64,000 nt of DNA, from the NCBI GenBank assembly GCA_963777505.1, contig CAVZQN010000011.1:160001-224000 (forward strand), written 5' to 3'. The first letter of the stretch is position 1; each line of letters begins with the position of its first letter. The notes beneath the pieces were generated by a model. The model saw only the letters and a program-made list of their open reading frames with translations. It searched no databases and was not told the DNA's origin. This document shows positions 20,664 through 30,956 of the stretch, one piece after another. A program made the position numbers and the translations under genes. Origin of the DNA: an uncultured bacterium (GTDB lineage Bacteria; Acidobacteriota; HRBIN11; JAKEFK01).

Positions 20664-21419
20664 ATGCGTGATTATGAAGAAAAGAGCTATTACGAAATTC
20701 AGCTCGATAACAAACAATTAATTCTTGTCTTTCTAGCGGGTGTTACTGTTTGCGTTCTGGTTTTTGTCCTGGGCATGATGGTAGGAAAGGGCAGGAAAGA
20801 AGCTGAAATCGCTTCAGTTGGTAAAACCAATGAAACACCTGCAGCAACCAGACCTGAACCTGATTTAGAACCTCCACAAGAGATTCAATCAGTTACTCCT
20901 TCTAAGGAAAGTGCAAAGAAGAAAAAAGAGGCTCCACCAAATATAGAAGAGGCCGATAACGACGAATATACGTATCTTGAAAATACAGACACCGAACGAC
21001 CTATGGTGAAAGAGCCATCTAAGGCGAAAAAAGAAGAAACGAAATCGAAAAAAGAAGAAACAAAAGTAGCAGCGAAGAAAGAAGAGCCTAAAACTGAAGC
21101 AAAAATTACTGAGAAGAAACCGGAACCAGAAGTGATCCAACCTGCTGTTGATCAAGCTAAACCTGAGACTGTATTAAGCGCAAACGGACGGTACACTGTT
21201 CAAGTTATGGCGACATCCTCAAAACCGAAAGCGGAAGCACAGTTGGCTTCACTTCAATCGAAAGGGTATACGGCTTTTATGAATGAAGAGAAAGCTGCTG
21301 GGAGCGCTGTCTTTAAAGTACGTGTCGGGAAGTTCACTGATCCAGATACTGCGAAGAAAACTGCGGTAAGGTTAAAACAGGAACTGCAACTTGAGACGTG
21401 GGTGGCAGTTCTCGATTAG
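20664..21419 (+). CDS. SPOR-domain membrane protein (DedD/FtsN-like)
   Basis: N-terminal TM, K/E-rich linker, C-terminal YTVQV...FKVRVGKF. Confidence 0.85.
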   Translation: MRDYEEKSYYEIQLDNKQLILVFLAGVTVCVLVFVLGMMVGKGRKEAEIASVGKTNETPAATRPEPDLEPPQEIQSVTPSKESAKKKKEAPPNIEEADNDEYTYLENTDTERPMVKEPSKAKKEETKSKKEETKVAAKKEEPKTEAKITEKKPEPEVIQPAVDQAKPETVLSANGRYTVQVMATSSKPKAEAQLASLQSKGYTAFMNEEKAAGSAVFKVRVGKFTDPDTAKKTAVRLKQELQLETWVAVLD

Positions 21420-21421
21420 AT

Positions 21422-23107
21422 ATGGTTTCTCCCACCAAGAACCGGAAACTGTTGGGTGAAGTTCTTGTTGAAGCCGGTTTAATTGATAAAGAGCAGCTCA
21501 AGGCAGCTCTAATCGCGCAGAAAGAAACCGGCGGACGACTCGGATTCAATCTTGTCCGGCTTGGATATCTATCCTCCGATAAACTCACTTCATTTTTCCA
21601 GAATTTCTTTGGAGTTGGTGTTGTTAGTGAGCCTCTTTCAGAACGTCAAAAAGCTTCTGATGCAATTCCCAGACATCTGGCACTGTACTACAAAATTGCT
21701 CCAATCAAGATTGATGGGAATATCCTGACAATCGCTATCGCCGCGATTGAACACCCGAATCTCATGCAGGCTCTGGAAGAAATCACCGGCTACAAAATCG
21801 ATGCGCTTATTTTTCCCGAATCCGAAATACGAAGTTTGTTGGATACTTCGTATCAAATTCCATCGGATCGCGGTGTGGAATTGCTTACCTTCAGCGATAA
21901 TGTTTTTGCGGTTGTAGATTCCCAACGGAAAATAAAACCTCTTGCACCAGTCCAACTTAAAAATGAAAAGGATATTGGTGAATGGCTTCGAAGTATCGTT
22001 GCCGAAGCGATTCGGGAAAAATCGCGGGAGATTTTAGTTAAGCCCGAAGCCGAAGGCGCTTCGATTTCGTATCGAAAGGATACTTTTATTCCTTCCGGGG
22101 TTCTTATTCCTTCTGACTTGCATGATCATCTGACATTTTTATTGTTTCGTCTCGCAAGATTAAATCCATTACAGCAGCAAAAACCTCAACATGGGAGATT
22201 TCTTGTCAAAATTAACGATCGAAAAATCCTGATGGTCGTTAGTGCGTATCCTACAATTTATGGAATCCGTTTCATGCTTGAAATGTTTGACGAAAAATTG
22301 TTGCGTCATTCTTTTGAAGACATGATGCGGCCTTATCCGGATTTAAAATTGTTGCTAGAAGATTTTGTAATGCGGGCGCGGAAGGGAATGATTGTAATTA
22401 CCGGACCAGAAGGCGCGGGACGTGCTTCGCTTTTATATAGCTTTCTAAGCCGTTGTAAGGAAGAATTCCGGCAGATTATTACGCTAGAGAATTCAGTCAG
22501 ATATCCGATCAGTGGGATCAGTCAAACGCAGGTCAATGAAAAAGACATGGAAATGGCGCTTGATAACGTGCTGAAACAGCGTCCTGAACTCGTTGCCGTT
22601 CATACCATTCGCACGGTTCGCGCTGCTGAGCTGTCTTTCCTATTGACCGCACGGCTTCCGCTTGTTGTAGTGCTGAATTCCTATGATTCGTATATGGCCT
22701 TAGAATGGTTTTGCCGGCATAATCTGAAGTCAGCAATTAAAGCCGGCCTTGTGCACGCAGTTATTTCCCCACGATTGATTCCGCGAATTTGTCCAAACTG
22801 TGCTGTCCCATTCAGGCTTTCAACGGAACAAACGAGGGATTTGGGTGTGCCACCTGGTTCGCAATTGAAAATGAATCAGGGCTGCGATTTTTGCAGAAAT
22901 CCGGATAATCATCTTTCCGATCTAATTCTGGAATCTATACGTCCAGATTTTGAAATGGCAGCATGGATGGAAGAGGATTTTCATGCAACCAGTCTTCGGC
23001 AAAAAGCACGCAAAGCCGGACGCAGAACTCTGTTTGACATCGCTTTGCAAAGTGCTTTCCGGGGCGGATTGGATATGCAATCGGTACTGAAATTACAATC
23101 GGTTTGA
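21422..23107 (+). CDS. GspE/PilB-like protein with MshEN domain and degenerate ATPase motifs
   Basis: LLGEVLVEAGLI...Q...RLG...GYL; PQHGRF; Walker A GPEGAGRAS; CPNC/CDFC. Confidence 0.8.
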   Translation: MVSPTKNRKLLGEVLVEAGLIDKEQLKAALIAQKETGGRLGFNLVRLGYLSSDKLTSFFQNFFGVGVVSEPLSERQKASDAIPRHLALYYKIAPIKIDGNILTIAIAAIEHPNLMQALEEITGYKIDALIFPESEIRSLLDTSYQIPSDRGVELLTFSDNVFAVVDSQRKIKPLAPVQLKNEKDIGEWLRSIVAEAIREKSREILVKPEAEGASISYRKDTFIPSGVLIPSDLHDHLTFLLFRLARLNPLQQQKPQHGRFLVKINDRKILMVVSAYPTIYGIRFMLEMFDEKLLRHSFEDMMRPYPDLKLLLEDFVMRARKGMIVITGPEGAGRASLLYSFLSRCKEEFRQIITLENSVRYPISGISQTQVNEKDMEMALDNVLKQRPELVAVHTIRTVRAAELSFLLTARLPLVVVLNSYDSYMALEWFCRHNLKSAIKAGLVHAVISPRLIPRICPNCAVPFRLSTEQTRDLGVPPGSQLKMNQGCDFCRNPDNHLSDLILESIRPDFEMAAWMEEDFHATSLRQKARKAGRRTLFDIALQSAFRGGLDMQSVLKLQSV

Positions 23108-23136
23108 CTCACCGCAAGGACTCAAAGATCAAAAAT

Positions 23137-24639
23137 ATGTTGTTAGCAATCCTGGCCGGCTTATTAAACATTGCTATTTTTCCACGAATTGATCAGGGCT
23201 GGATCACGTTGTTTTGTTTTGTCCCTTTGTTTTGGCTCACACGCACTCACACTCCAGGAAAGTTATTTCTATACTTCTGGCTTGCAGGCGTCGTATTCCG
23301 TTTGGGCAACCTGTACTGGATCATTCATGTTATCCAGCATTATTCGCAGCTGATGCCGGTTGTTGCAGGCGGAATCGTTCTGTTGCTTTGCCTTTTTATG
23401 GGTGCGTTATGGGGACTTACAGGTTTGTTACTTGGATGGATCCGGAACAGGCTTGGATTTGGCTCGGCAATGCTTGCAGCGCCTTTTCTCTGGGTTGGCT
23501 TCGAAGCACTTGTGAATGTCCTGCAGTTCCCCTGGGATCTAACGGGCTACAGCCTTTACAAATACTTACCTGTTGCGCAGCTTGCAAGCATTACTGGAGT
23601 GTATGGCCTTACATGGCTCATCGTTGCCTGGAATGCGGCGTTGACCGATTGGCTTGAGCGAAAAGAATGGCACTATATTAGTAGTATTACAGTCATAATA
23701 CTATTAACGGCAGGCTGGGGTTACTGGCGGATCTCGCAGCCGATTAAGGGTCTCGAGCTAAAGGTGGGTATTGTTCAAGGAAATATTCCGCAGGACGTGA
23801 AGATCAACTATGAGTTTGCGGAGGAGGTCAATGAAAAACACGTAACGATGACGCGATCCCTGGCCCGCGCTGCTCGTCCGGACATCATTTTCTGGTCGGA
23901 AGCTTCTACATTATTTCCTCTGCTACAAGGCGGAAATTGGTCGGCTCAGATTACGGATCTTGCCAAACAAGAAAGCATTCCGCTTTTTGTTGGCAGTGAT
24001 GCCTACATTGGTGATCGTGTGTATAACAGCGCATTCTTGATCGATGTAAAAGGCAATATCCTTCCACTTCGCTACAGCAAAATGTATCTTGTCCCATTCG
24101 GCGAATATGTGCCTTTCGAAAAGCTGCTATTTTTCGCAGGTAAGGTAGTGCCAGAGATTTCCGATTTTACAGCCGGCGAAAATCATACGTTATTCCCATT
24201 AAAAGGCAGAGAGTTCGGAGTGAATATTTGTTTCGAAGTTGTATTTCCGCAATTGTCCCGCACATTTGTCCAAAAAGGCGCTTCGTTGCTGACAACCATT
24301 ACAAATGATGCATGGTTCGGAAAATCTTGCGCTCCCTATCAGCATTTTGCGATGGCTTCGATGAGGGCAATTGAAAACAGGCGCTATCTTGTACGCGCGG
24401 CGAATACCGGTATCAGCGGAATTGTTGACCCATACGGCCGCGTCCTTCAAAAAACCGATATCTTCGTTCCTGCCGTACTCTCAGGCCGAGTTCAGTGGAT
24501 TGATGGACAAACGGTTTATACAAAACTAGGCGACGCAATTGTCTATCTTTCACTCGCTATGGGGGGCATTGTCCTGCTCTTTGCGCTATTGAGCGGTGAT
24601 ACGAATTCCGAGCCGGATGTCGAAGAAGATTCGACGTGA
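23137..24639 (+). CDS. lnt: Apolipoprotein N-acyltransferase
   Basis: VQGNIPQ, WSEAS, YSKMYLVPFGEYVP, ICFEVVF, TNDAWFG, RAANTGISG. Confidence 0.95.
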   Translation: MLLAILAGLLNIAIFPRIDQGWITLFCFVPLFWLTRTHTPGKLFLYFWLAGVVFRLGNLYWIIHVIQHYSQLMPVVAGGIVLLLCLFMGALWGLTGLLLGWIRNRLGFGSAMLAAPFLWVGFEALVNVLQFPWDLTGYSLYKYLPVAQLASITGVYGLTWLIVAWNAALTDWLERKEWHYISSITVIILLTAGWGYWRISQPIKGLELKVGIVQGNIPQDVKINYEFAEEVNEKHVTMTRSLARAARPDIIFWSEASTLFPLLQGGNWSAQITDLAKQESIPLFVGSDAYIGDRVYNSAFLIDVKGNILPLRYSKMYLVPFGEYVPFEKLLFFAGKVVPEISDFTAGENHTLFPLKGREFGVNICFEVVFPQLSRTFVQKGASLLTTITNDAWFGKSCAPYQHFAMASMRAIENRRYLVRAANTGISGIVDPYGRVLQKTDIFVPAVLSGRVQWIDGQTVYTKLGDAIVYLSLAMGGIVLLFALLSGDTNSEPDVEEDST

Positions 24640-26940
24640 TTCCCGAGCATCATGAATGAGGAAGATGTTTTCGTTGAATCAACGCTGGCTAACCCTTTAC
24701 ACCAAAGTGTACTTTTCCGGAAAAGTGACTTGAAAACTCGTTCCCCGATGACGATCTACTTTTAATGAACCGTCCAATTGCTTAACTAGTGAACTTATGA
24801 TCTTTAAGCCGAGTTTGTCAGCACTGTCCGGTGCAATTGATGATGGAAGGCCCTGGCCGTCATCGTTGACCGAAAATATGATTGAAGTTGGTTGTTTCTT
24901 CTTTCTAGCCTTAACGCGCTTTATACTTACTGTGATTTTACCCTTATTACCCTCAGGAAACGCGTGCTTGAGTGAGTTTGACAATAGCTCGTTAATAATC
25001 AATCCACAAGGTATGGCCTGATCCATTTCCAAGTAGATATCTTCAACTTCCAATCGCAACTGGATTACTTTTGGATTGGCATTGTAAAACGTGAATAGAA
25101 CATTTGCCAGATCTGTGATGTATTCATTGAAATGCATTTTCCCCACTCGTTCAGACTCGTACAATTTCTCATGAATCAGAGCCATCGATCTGACACGATT
25201 CGCGCTTTCTTTGAAGGCCTCAACTGCGGAATCGGAATTATGAAGGAATCGAGATTGCAGACTCAACAAACTTGTTATGACCTGAAGATTATTCTTGACT
25301 CGGTGGTGGATATCTTTCATCAGGGTGGAGGAAGCTTCCTCCAAACGTTTGCTATCCGTGATGTCCTCAATTGCCAACAGGATAAACTGTTCCCGCGTCT
25401 TGCCTTGTTCAATCTTCCTCGCGTTTAATAACAGAATCCTGTGGCCTATTTTCGGGAAATCGTGCTCGATAGAAAACTTTATCAACTCCATTTCGCTTTG
25501 AAAAGCGTCCTCTAGCCTTTTCCTTAAATCAGGCACAGCCCAACTTTTCTCATCGATATCTAAAAAATATATGCCCTGGATTTTTTCCGAAGAGAGTTGA
25601 AACTTCTCGTAGAATGCGGGATTAGCATTGTAAACCCTGAGATTCTGATCCAGGATAATGAGAGGCTCACGAACGGTCTCTATGACCGCCCGCGCAAAAT
25701 CCCGTGTTTCTTGAACTTCAGTGACGGTCTGATCCAGTTCCAGGTTGCGGGTCTGGAGTTCTTCATTGAGCGTTACAAGTTCTTCATTGCTCGATTCAAG
25801 CTGTTCCTTGGTCGATTCGTATTCTTCATTCGTACTTTGTAGTTCTTCATTCGCTGATTGCAACTCCTCATTTGCAGAAGTCATTTGCTCATTCAGGTGC
25901 CCCAGTTCCTCAATATTTGTCCGCATGTCTTCTTTCATATCAGCAAGCTGCTGCTGCAGTTGTGAAATAATTCGATCCTTAGTATTTGACCCCTTTTTTT
26001 TTCTTAAAGCCGGTTGGAGATTTTTGTCAGCACCGTTGTCTTCCAACATAATTAAAAACACGCTCTGGTTGGAAGAGGAATCTTGAAGCGGAACTTCTTC
26101 AATGCTGATACTCTTCGTGTGTCCATCGATCCGAACAGCGACCCTTTCTTTTCGCGATGGTGACATCTTTCTTTTGACACTCTGATGGAGCATGCGCAGA
26201 TCCATTCGCAAATCTTTACGCACCATCTTTGTAAGTTCTAAACTGGCTTCACCTCTGGAGGGCTCTAGAAACTGGGCTACTGCGCCCCGAAAAGCAAGAA
26301 TGTTCATATTTGAATCGACCAGAAAACCTGAGTGTCTATACTTGTCCAAAACAAAGCGATCCGCTTCCCTTTCCCAGTCGATAGTTGGATAAGCCTTCTC
26401 CTTATTGGAGGGTTCCCAGCCTGTTTTGGCATGATGACTCGTTGTGAAAGGAACGCGAAGACGTGGCGCCACCACACGCTTTGAATAAATTCGATGGGTC
26501 TTGTCTACAGTTTGAAAAAGCTGCGGGACGCTGTTTGTTGACTCCGCTTTTCCCAGAAGAAGAAAGCCGGACCGTTTTAAACTGTAATGAAAAGTAGTTA
26601 GAACTCTCTTTTGAGCCGGCTTCGCAAGATAAATTAAGACATTGTTGCAGCTGATTAAGTCCATTTGGGAAAATGGCGGTTCTCCGATTAGATCATGTTT
26701 TGCAAAGACACATATTTCTCGAATCATTTTGACAATTTGATAGCTGTTTTCACGCTTCGTAAAGTAGTTTTTAAGACGTTCCGCGGAGACTTTCTTTTTG
26801 ATGCTTATTGGATAGACCCCTGCGCGAGCTTTTTTAATTTCTGATTCGCTGATATCAGTAGCAAAGATTCTGAGATCGTGCGAATCGCTTTAGAAACCGC
26901 CTGATGCAACCTCTGGTCCTGATGTCGAAGAAGATTCGAC
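24616..26940. repeat. 20-bp direct repeat GATGTCGAAGAAGATTCGAC (24616-24635 and 26921-26940) flanking a 2.3-kb insert
   Basis: Exact match; the second copy lies in a relic lnt-like C-terminus. Confidence 0.8.
24697..26890 (-). pseudogene. 5'-truncated CheR-coiled coil-PAS-HisKA_2 sensor histidine kinase
   Basis: The frame opens mid-CheR at RIFATDISE right after an in-frame TAA near 26891. DIHHRVKNNLQ, NELLSNSLKHAF, DDGQGL intact; could restart at ATG 26727. Confidence 0.75.
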
Positions 26941-27040
26941 TTTAACTTCTTAGAGTTACTACAAACAATTCATTGCTAAACTGACAGCATAAAACTACGC
27001 CTGAAATATCTTTCGATTGACCATGAATCAGAGGTGGAAA

Positions 27041-27283
27041 ATGAATATCGAAGATAGTAGAAAGGCAGTTCTGTTGTGGAGCATCGCTTACGGACATGAA
27101 GAAATTACCGACCGTTTATTGGATGCTGGGGTTAAAGTTCCAGATGTTTCCGATGTCTTTTATATCACTATAAACGGCGTTCCTGCCTGCCGGGCGGATC
27201 TTGCGCTTCTGGGTCAGTTTTCAGGATCGGCATGTCAGCACATGTCTTTACGCCGTAGCATTGAGCTTCGAAATCAACTATAA
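27041..27283 (+). CDS. Small protein with a single ankyrin-like repeat
   Basis: LLWSIAYGHEEITDRLLDAGV; SD GAGGTG. Confidence 0.4.
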   Translation: MNIEDSRKAVLLWSIAYGHEEITDRLLDAGVKVPDVSDVFYITINGVPACRADLALLGQFSGSACQHMSLRRSIELRNQL

Positions 27284-27406
27284 AGCAATCTATAACGCAG
27301 CAGTCGTTGCTGTCGTTGCTGGATCATGTCCTACCAAGGTGTCCTTCCTTCAAGCTGCATAAATCGTTAAGATATCTCTTTACATCTTTGCGATTTAGGA
27401 GGAATG

Positions 27407-28505
27407 ATGGATCAGGATCCCAAGCAGTTATTCGAAGAAATCAAAGGTAAAGTTTCCCACCTTCGAGGTTATCTTTGAAATCGAATCAAAACAAAAAGAA
27501 TTAGCCTCACTGGAAGAAGTAGTCAGCGCTGAAGAGTTCTGGAAAGATCAACAGAAAGCACAAGAAACGCTTCAAAAGCGAGCTCGACTCAGCGAAGTCA
27601 TCGAACAATTTCAAAAATACCAAAAGCATCTGGACGATCTGCAGGTGTGGTTTGAGCTTTCTGAAGAAGGTGAATCTGTTGAATCAGAAATTTCAAATGG
27701 GCTTCAATCGCTCCAAAAGGAAGTTGATGGTGCCGAGATTAAAGCCCTTCTTTCAGGTGAAAATGATCATTGCAACGCCATTTTGACTATTCATCCGGGT
27801 GCAGGCGGAACCGAATCGCAAGATTGGGCTTCCATGCTGCTGCGAATGTATCTGAGGTGGGCCGATCGCGATGGATATCAAGTACAAGTCATTGATTCAA
27901 ATCCTGGAGAAGAAGCAGGCATTAGCCGTGCAACAATCGCTATAAATGGAACCAATGCGTACGGCTATCTTACGGCTGAAGCGGGTGTGCATAGACTGGT
28001 TCGAATTTCTCCATTTGATGCAAACAAGCGGCGTCACACTTCTTTTGCCAGCGTATTTGTGTACCCGGATATCGATGACAATATCGAAGTCAAAATTGAA
28101 GATAAGGATCTGAAGATCGATACATATCGGGCTGGAGGTCCAGGCGGACAACACGTCAACGTTACAGATTCCGCGGTACGGATCACCCATTTGCCAACTG
28201 GAATTGTTGTTCAATGTCAGAATGAACGTTCGCAATTTAGAAATCGTGAAGTTGCAATGAAAGTTCTCCGAGCGCGTCTTTATGAACATCATAAAGAACA
28301 ACAAATGGAGAAACTTCAGGCAATCGAAGACACAAAAATGGAAATTGGTTTTGGCAGCCAGATCCGTTCGTATGTTTTGGCTCCTTATCGCATGGTAAAA
28401 GACCATCGCACCAAACATGAAACCGGCGATGTAGATCGTGTACTTGATGGCGATCTTGATGACTTCATCAAGTCGTATCTTTTAACTAAAAAAGAGAAGA
28501 AGTAA
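27407..28505 (+). CDS. prfB: Peptide chain release factor 2 with programmed +1 frameshift
   Basis: SD AGGAGG, then 23 codons ending CGAGGT TAT CTT TGA (27473-27478); +1 frame continues EIESKQKE...; SPF and GGQ motifs. Confidence 0.97.
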
Positions 28506-28885
28506 TGATCCTTGGAATTGGAACTGATGTAATTGAGGTCGCCCGGATCAAGCAAGCGATCGATAAGTATGGTGAGCGTTTTATGCGCCGGTTGTTTACT
28601 GCAACGGAAATTGAGTATTGTACTGCCCGAAAAAATGCATCCCTTCATTATGCCGGTCGATTTGCAGCGAAAGAAGCTGCGTTTAAAGCAATGCAGCGCG
28701 GTTGGGGTGGCGAAATCAGCTGGAAAGATGTAGAAATCACAAATCTATCTTCCGGGGCTCCCCAAATTGCGTTTCATGGGAAAGCTCTTGAAGTTGTCAC
28801 GGAAAAGAAAATGACGCGAGCGTTCGTTTCTATCTCACATGTGGAGGAAATTGCCACTGCGATAGTGATACTCGAAGCAGAATAG
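28505..28885 (+). CDS. acpS: Holo-ACP synthase
   Basis: GIGTDVIE, AGRFAAKEAAFKA, VSISH. Confidence 0.95.
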   Translation: MILGIGTDVIEVARIKQAIDKYGERFMRRLFTATEIEYCTARKNASLHYAGRFAAKEAAFKAMQRGWGGEISWKDVEITNLSSGAPQIAFHGKALEVVTEKKMTRAFVSISHVEEIATAIVILEAE

Positions 28886-28890
28886 GTTTC

Positions 28891-28948
28891 TTAACGCCGA
28901 GTACGCCGAGAAAATATTTAATTAAAAACTCGGCGTCCTCTGCGTTAA
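28891..28948. repeat. REP-like inverted pair (TTAACGCCGAGTACGCCGAG / CTCGGCGTCCTCTGCGTTAA)
   Basis: Imperfect palindrome related to the family B repeats. Confidence 0.6.
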
Positions 28949-29010
28949 AAAAAAGTTGAGGATTGCCACAGGGTGAAAATTCCTGTACGATTTACGGTTT
29001 TTTGGTTCCT

Positions 29011-30732
29011 ATGAAAAAAGCTTTACTGTTCCTTTTGATTTTAGCCGGCATTTTAGCGGGCATTCATTCGTTTTATTCGTACCGGAAGTACAACGTAATC
29101 CTGATAACGATTGATACACTTCGTGCGGATTACTTGAGCTGCTACAACCAGGCAGCACCCAAAACTCCATACATCGACAAAATTGCAAGTGAAGGTGTGC
29201 TCTTTAATCGTGCGCATACTCAGATTTCGATTACTTTGCCGGCTCACGCATCCATGTTGACTTCACATCATCCACACGACTTGCGTCTGTTTAATAATGG
29301 CGACGTCTTTAACGGCAAAGAAGACATGATTACCGATGTCTTGAGAAAAAGGGGTTATCACTCTGCGGCTTTTGTATCTCTCGGAGTTTTGAAGAGTTCG
29401 TTTGGGCTAGGTCGAGCATTTAAGGAATATGAAGACAATTTTGACAAACTGAATGGCCGATATTACAAACTGGCTTCTGAAATGAATGATCTTGCGTTGC
29501 CATGGCTGGAGAAAAATAAAGATGGACGCTTCTTCGCATGGATTCATTACTCGGATCCGCATGAACCGTACATCACAGTGGACGCGCCGCCGGACACTGA
29601 AATTTTTGCGAATGGGGAATCGGTTGGTAAATATGTTCTGGCTAAGAAAGAAAAGATTGCTGTAAATTTCACCGCAAAACCTGGAGAAAACAAGATTGAG
29701 CTTTTGGGATTAGTTCCGCGAGGACCGAAAAAAGTTCAGATTGCCGAATCGATGCGTTTCGTAGAGCCGGAAATATTCGTCAATCCTTCTGATGGCTTTC
29801 AACTTGAATTTGGCCCTGAGTTTAAAGATGTAAAACTTTCAACCGGTGCAGATGCGCGTTATTTTGCCCAACATGCAACGATGAAATTGAACAACAATTC
29901 AGGACGTGAACAATCTGTTCAGCTGCGTTTTGCGGGAGGAGTTTATCAACAACGCACTGATATAGTGCGCAAAAATTATGCTGCGGAAGTTCAATACGTT
30001 GATAAATACATCGGTGAACTTTGGGGACGTCTCGAAAAACTTGGTCTGTTGAAGAACTCAATTGTAATTCTTACGGCTGATCACGGGGAAGGCTTGAAGA
30101 CTCATGGAAACCTTGGTCATGTTGAACGTCTTTATCAGGAAACGATTCGAGTGCCTCTTATTGTTTATTATCCAAATTTAGGAAAGCGCGCGGAGGTCGC
30201 AACTCCGATCGTGAATCACCTTGATATCATGCCCACTGTTCTGGATCTACTGCATGTGAAGCACAAAGGAACAATGCACGGATTGAGTTTGAAGCGTTAC
30301 ATCAGTTGGTCGCCGATCGATTGGCTTACGTCGCGTGAAATTAATCGCCCACGAACTTATACCGCGACTTATGCTCCGGAAGCGCGTGTGAATTCGTTTT
30401 CGATGGTGGAAGGCAATATGAAGTTGATCCATACGCCGAACAAATCGAAATGGCAGTGGGAAGCTTATGATCTCAAGCAGGATGCAACTGAGCGAAACAA
30501 TCTTGCCGCAAAGGATGTAAAACGTTTTACTAGCACTGAAATTTGCCGTCTTCGTCGAACACTGGAAGATTTTCGGCATGATGCTGAAGCCGCCCACGGC
30601 AAACGTGCGAATCCAAAACTTGATACCGAACAGCAAAAAATGTTAAGGGATTTAGGATATATAGGTGGGTACGAGAACGCTCCTAAAGTAAAACCGAACA
30701 CACAAGAGAATCCTTTGAAAGATTGCAATTAG
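29011..30732 (+). CDS. Sulfatase/alkaline-phosphatase-superfamily protein with inserted domain
   Basis: NVILITIDTLRAD, TLPAHASMLT, HYSDPHEPY, TADHGE, LRDLGYI. Confidence 0.85.
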   Translation: MKKALLFLLILAGILAGIHSFYSYRKYNVILITIDTLRADYLSCYNQAAPKTPYIDKIASEGVLFNRAHTQISITLPAHASMLTSHHPHDLRLFNNGDVFNGKEDMITDVLRKRGYHSAAFVSLGVLKSSFGLGRAFKEYEDNFDKLNGRYYKLASEMNDLALPWLEKNKDGRFFAWIHYSDPHEPYITVDAPPDTEIFANGESVGKYVLAKKEKIAVNFTAKPGENKIELLGLVPRGPKKVQIAESMRFVEPEIFVNPSDGFQLEFGPEFKDVKLSTGADARYFAQHATMKLNNNSGREQSVQLRFAGGVYQQRTDIVRKNYAAEVQYVDKYIGELWGRLEKLGLLKNSIVILTADHGEGLKTHGNLGHVERLYQETIRVPLIVYYPNLGKRAEVATPIVNHLDIMPTVLDLLHVKHKGTMHGLSLKRYISWSPIDWLTSREINRPRTYTATYAPEARVNSFSMVEGNMKLIHTPNKSKWQWEAYDLKQDATERNNLAAKDVKRFTSTEICRLRRTLEDFRHDAEAAHGKRANPKLDTEQQKMLRDLGYIGGYENAPKVKPNTQENPLKDCN

Positions 30733-30956
30733 CTTTGCGTCTTAATCTCCCACTCCACTCATCCAAACTTCATTTTGATGTCGCCGAAGACTACTACAAC
30801 AATAAAAACTTCTTACGATGGTAGGGCGTTGTTCTCTGACTAAATTTGCTAACACACGAATATTGGTTTTCAAAACGAAAATTCGTAGTGCCAAAAAAAT
30901 AAACTTCAGAGTGCGCAGGAAAGTTGTGCCCTGAGAAGACAAAAGGAGTTCCATAA

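Noticed and set aside
24640-24696. Stop-codon readthrough of lnt or a third lnt-end copy (DVFVESTL)
   Set aside because: Similarity is too short and weak to distinguish from chance
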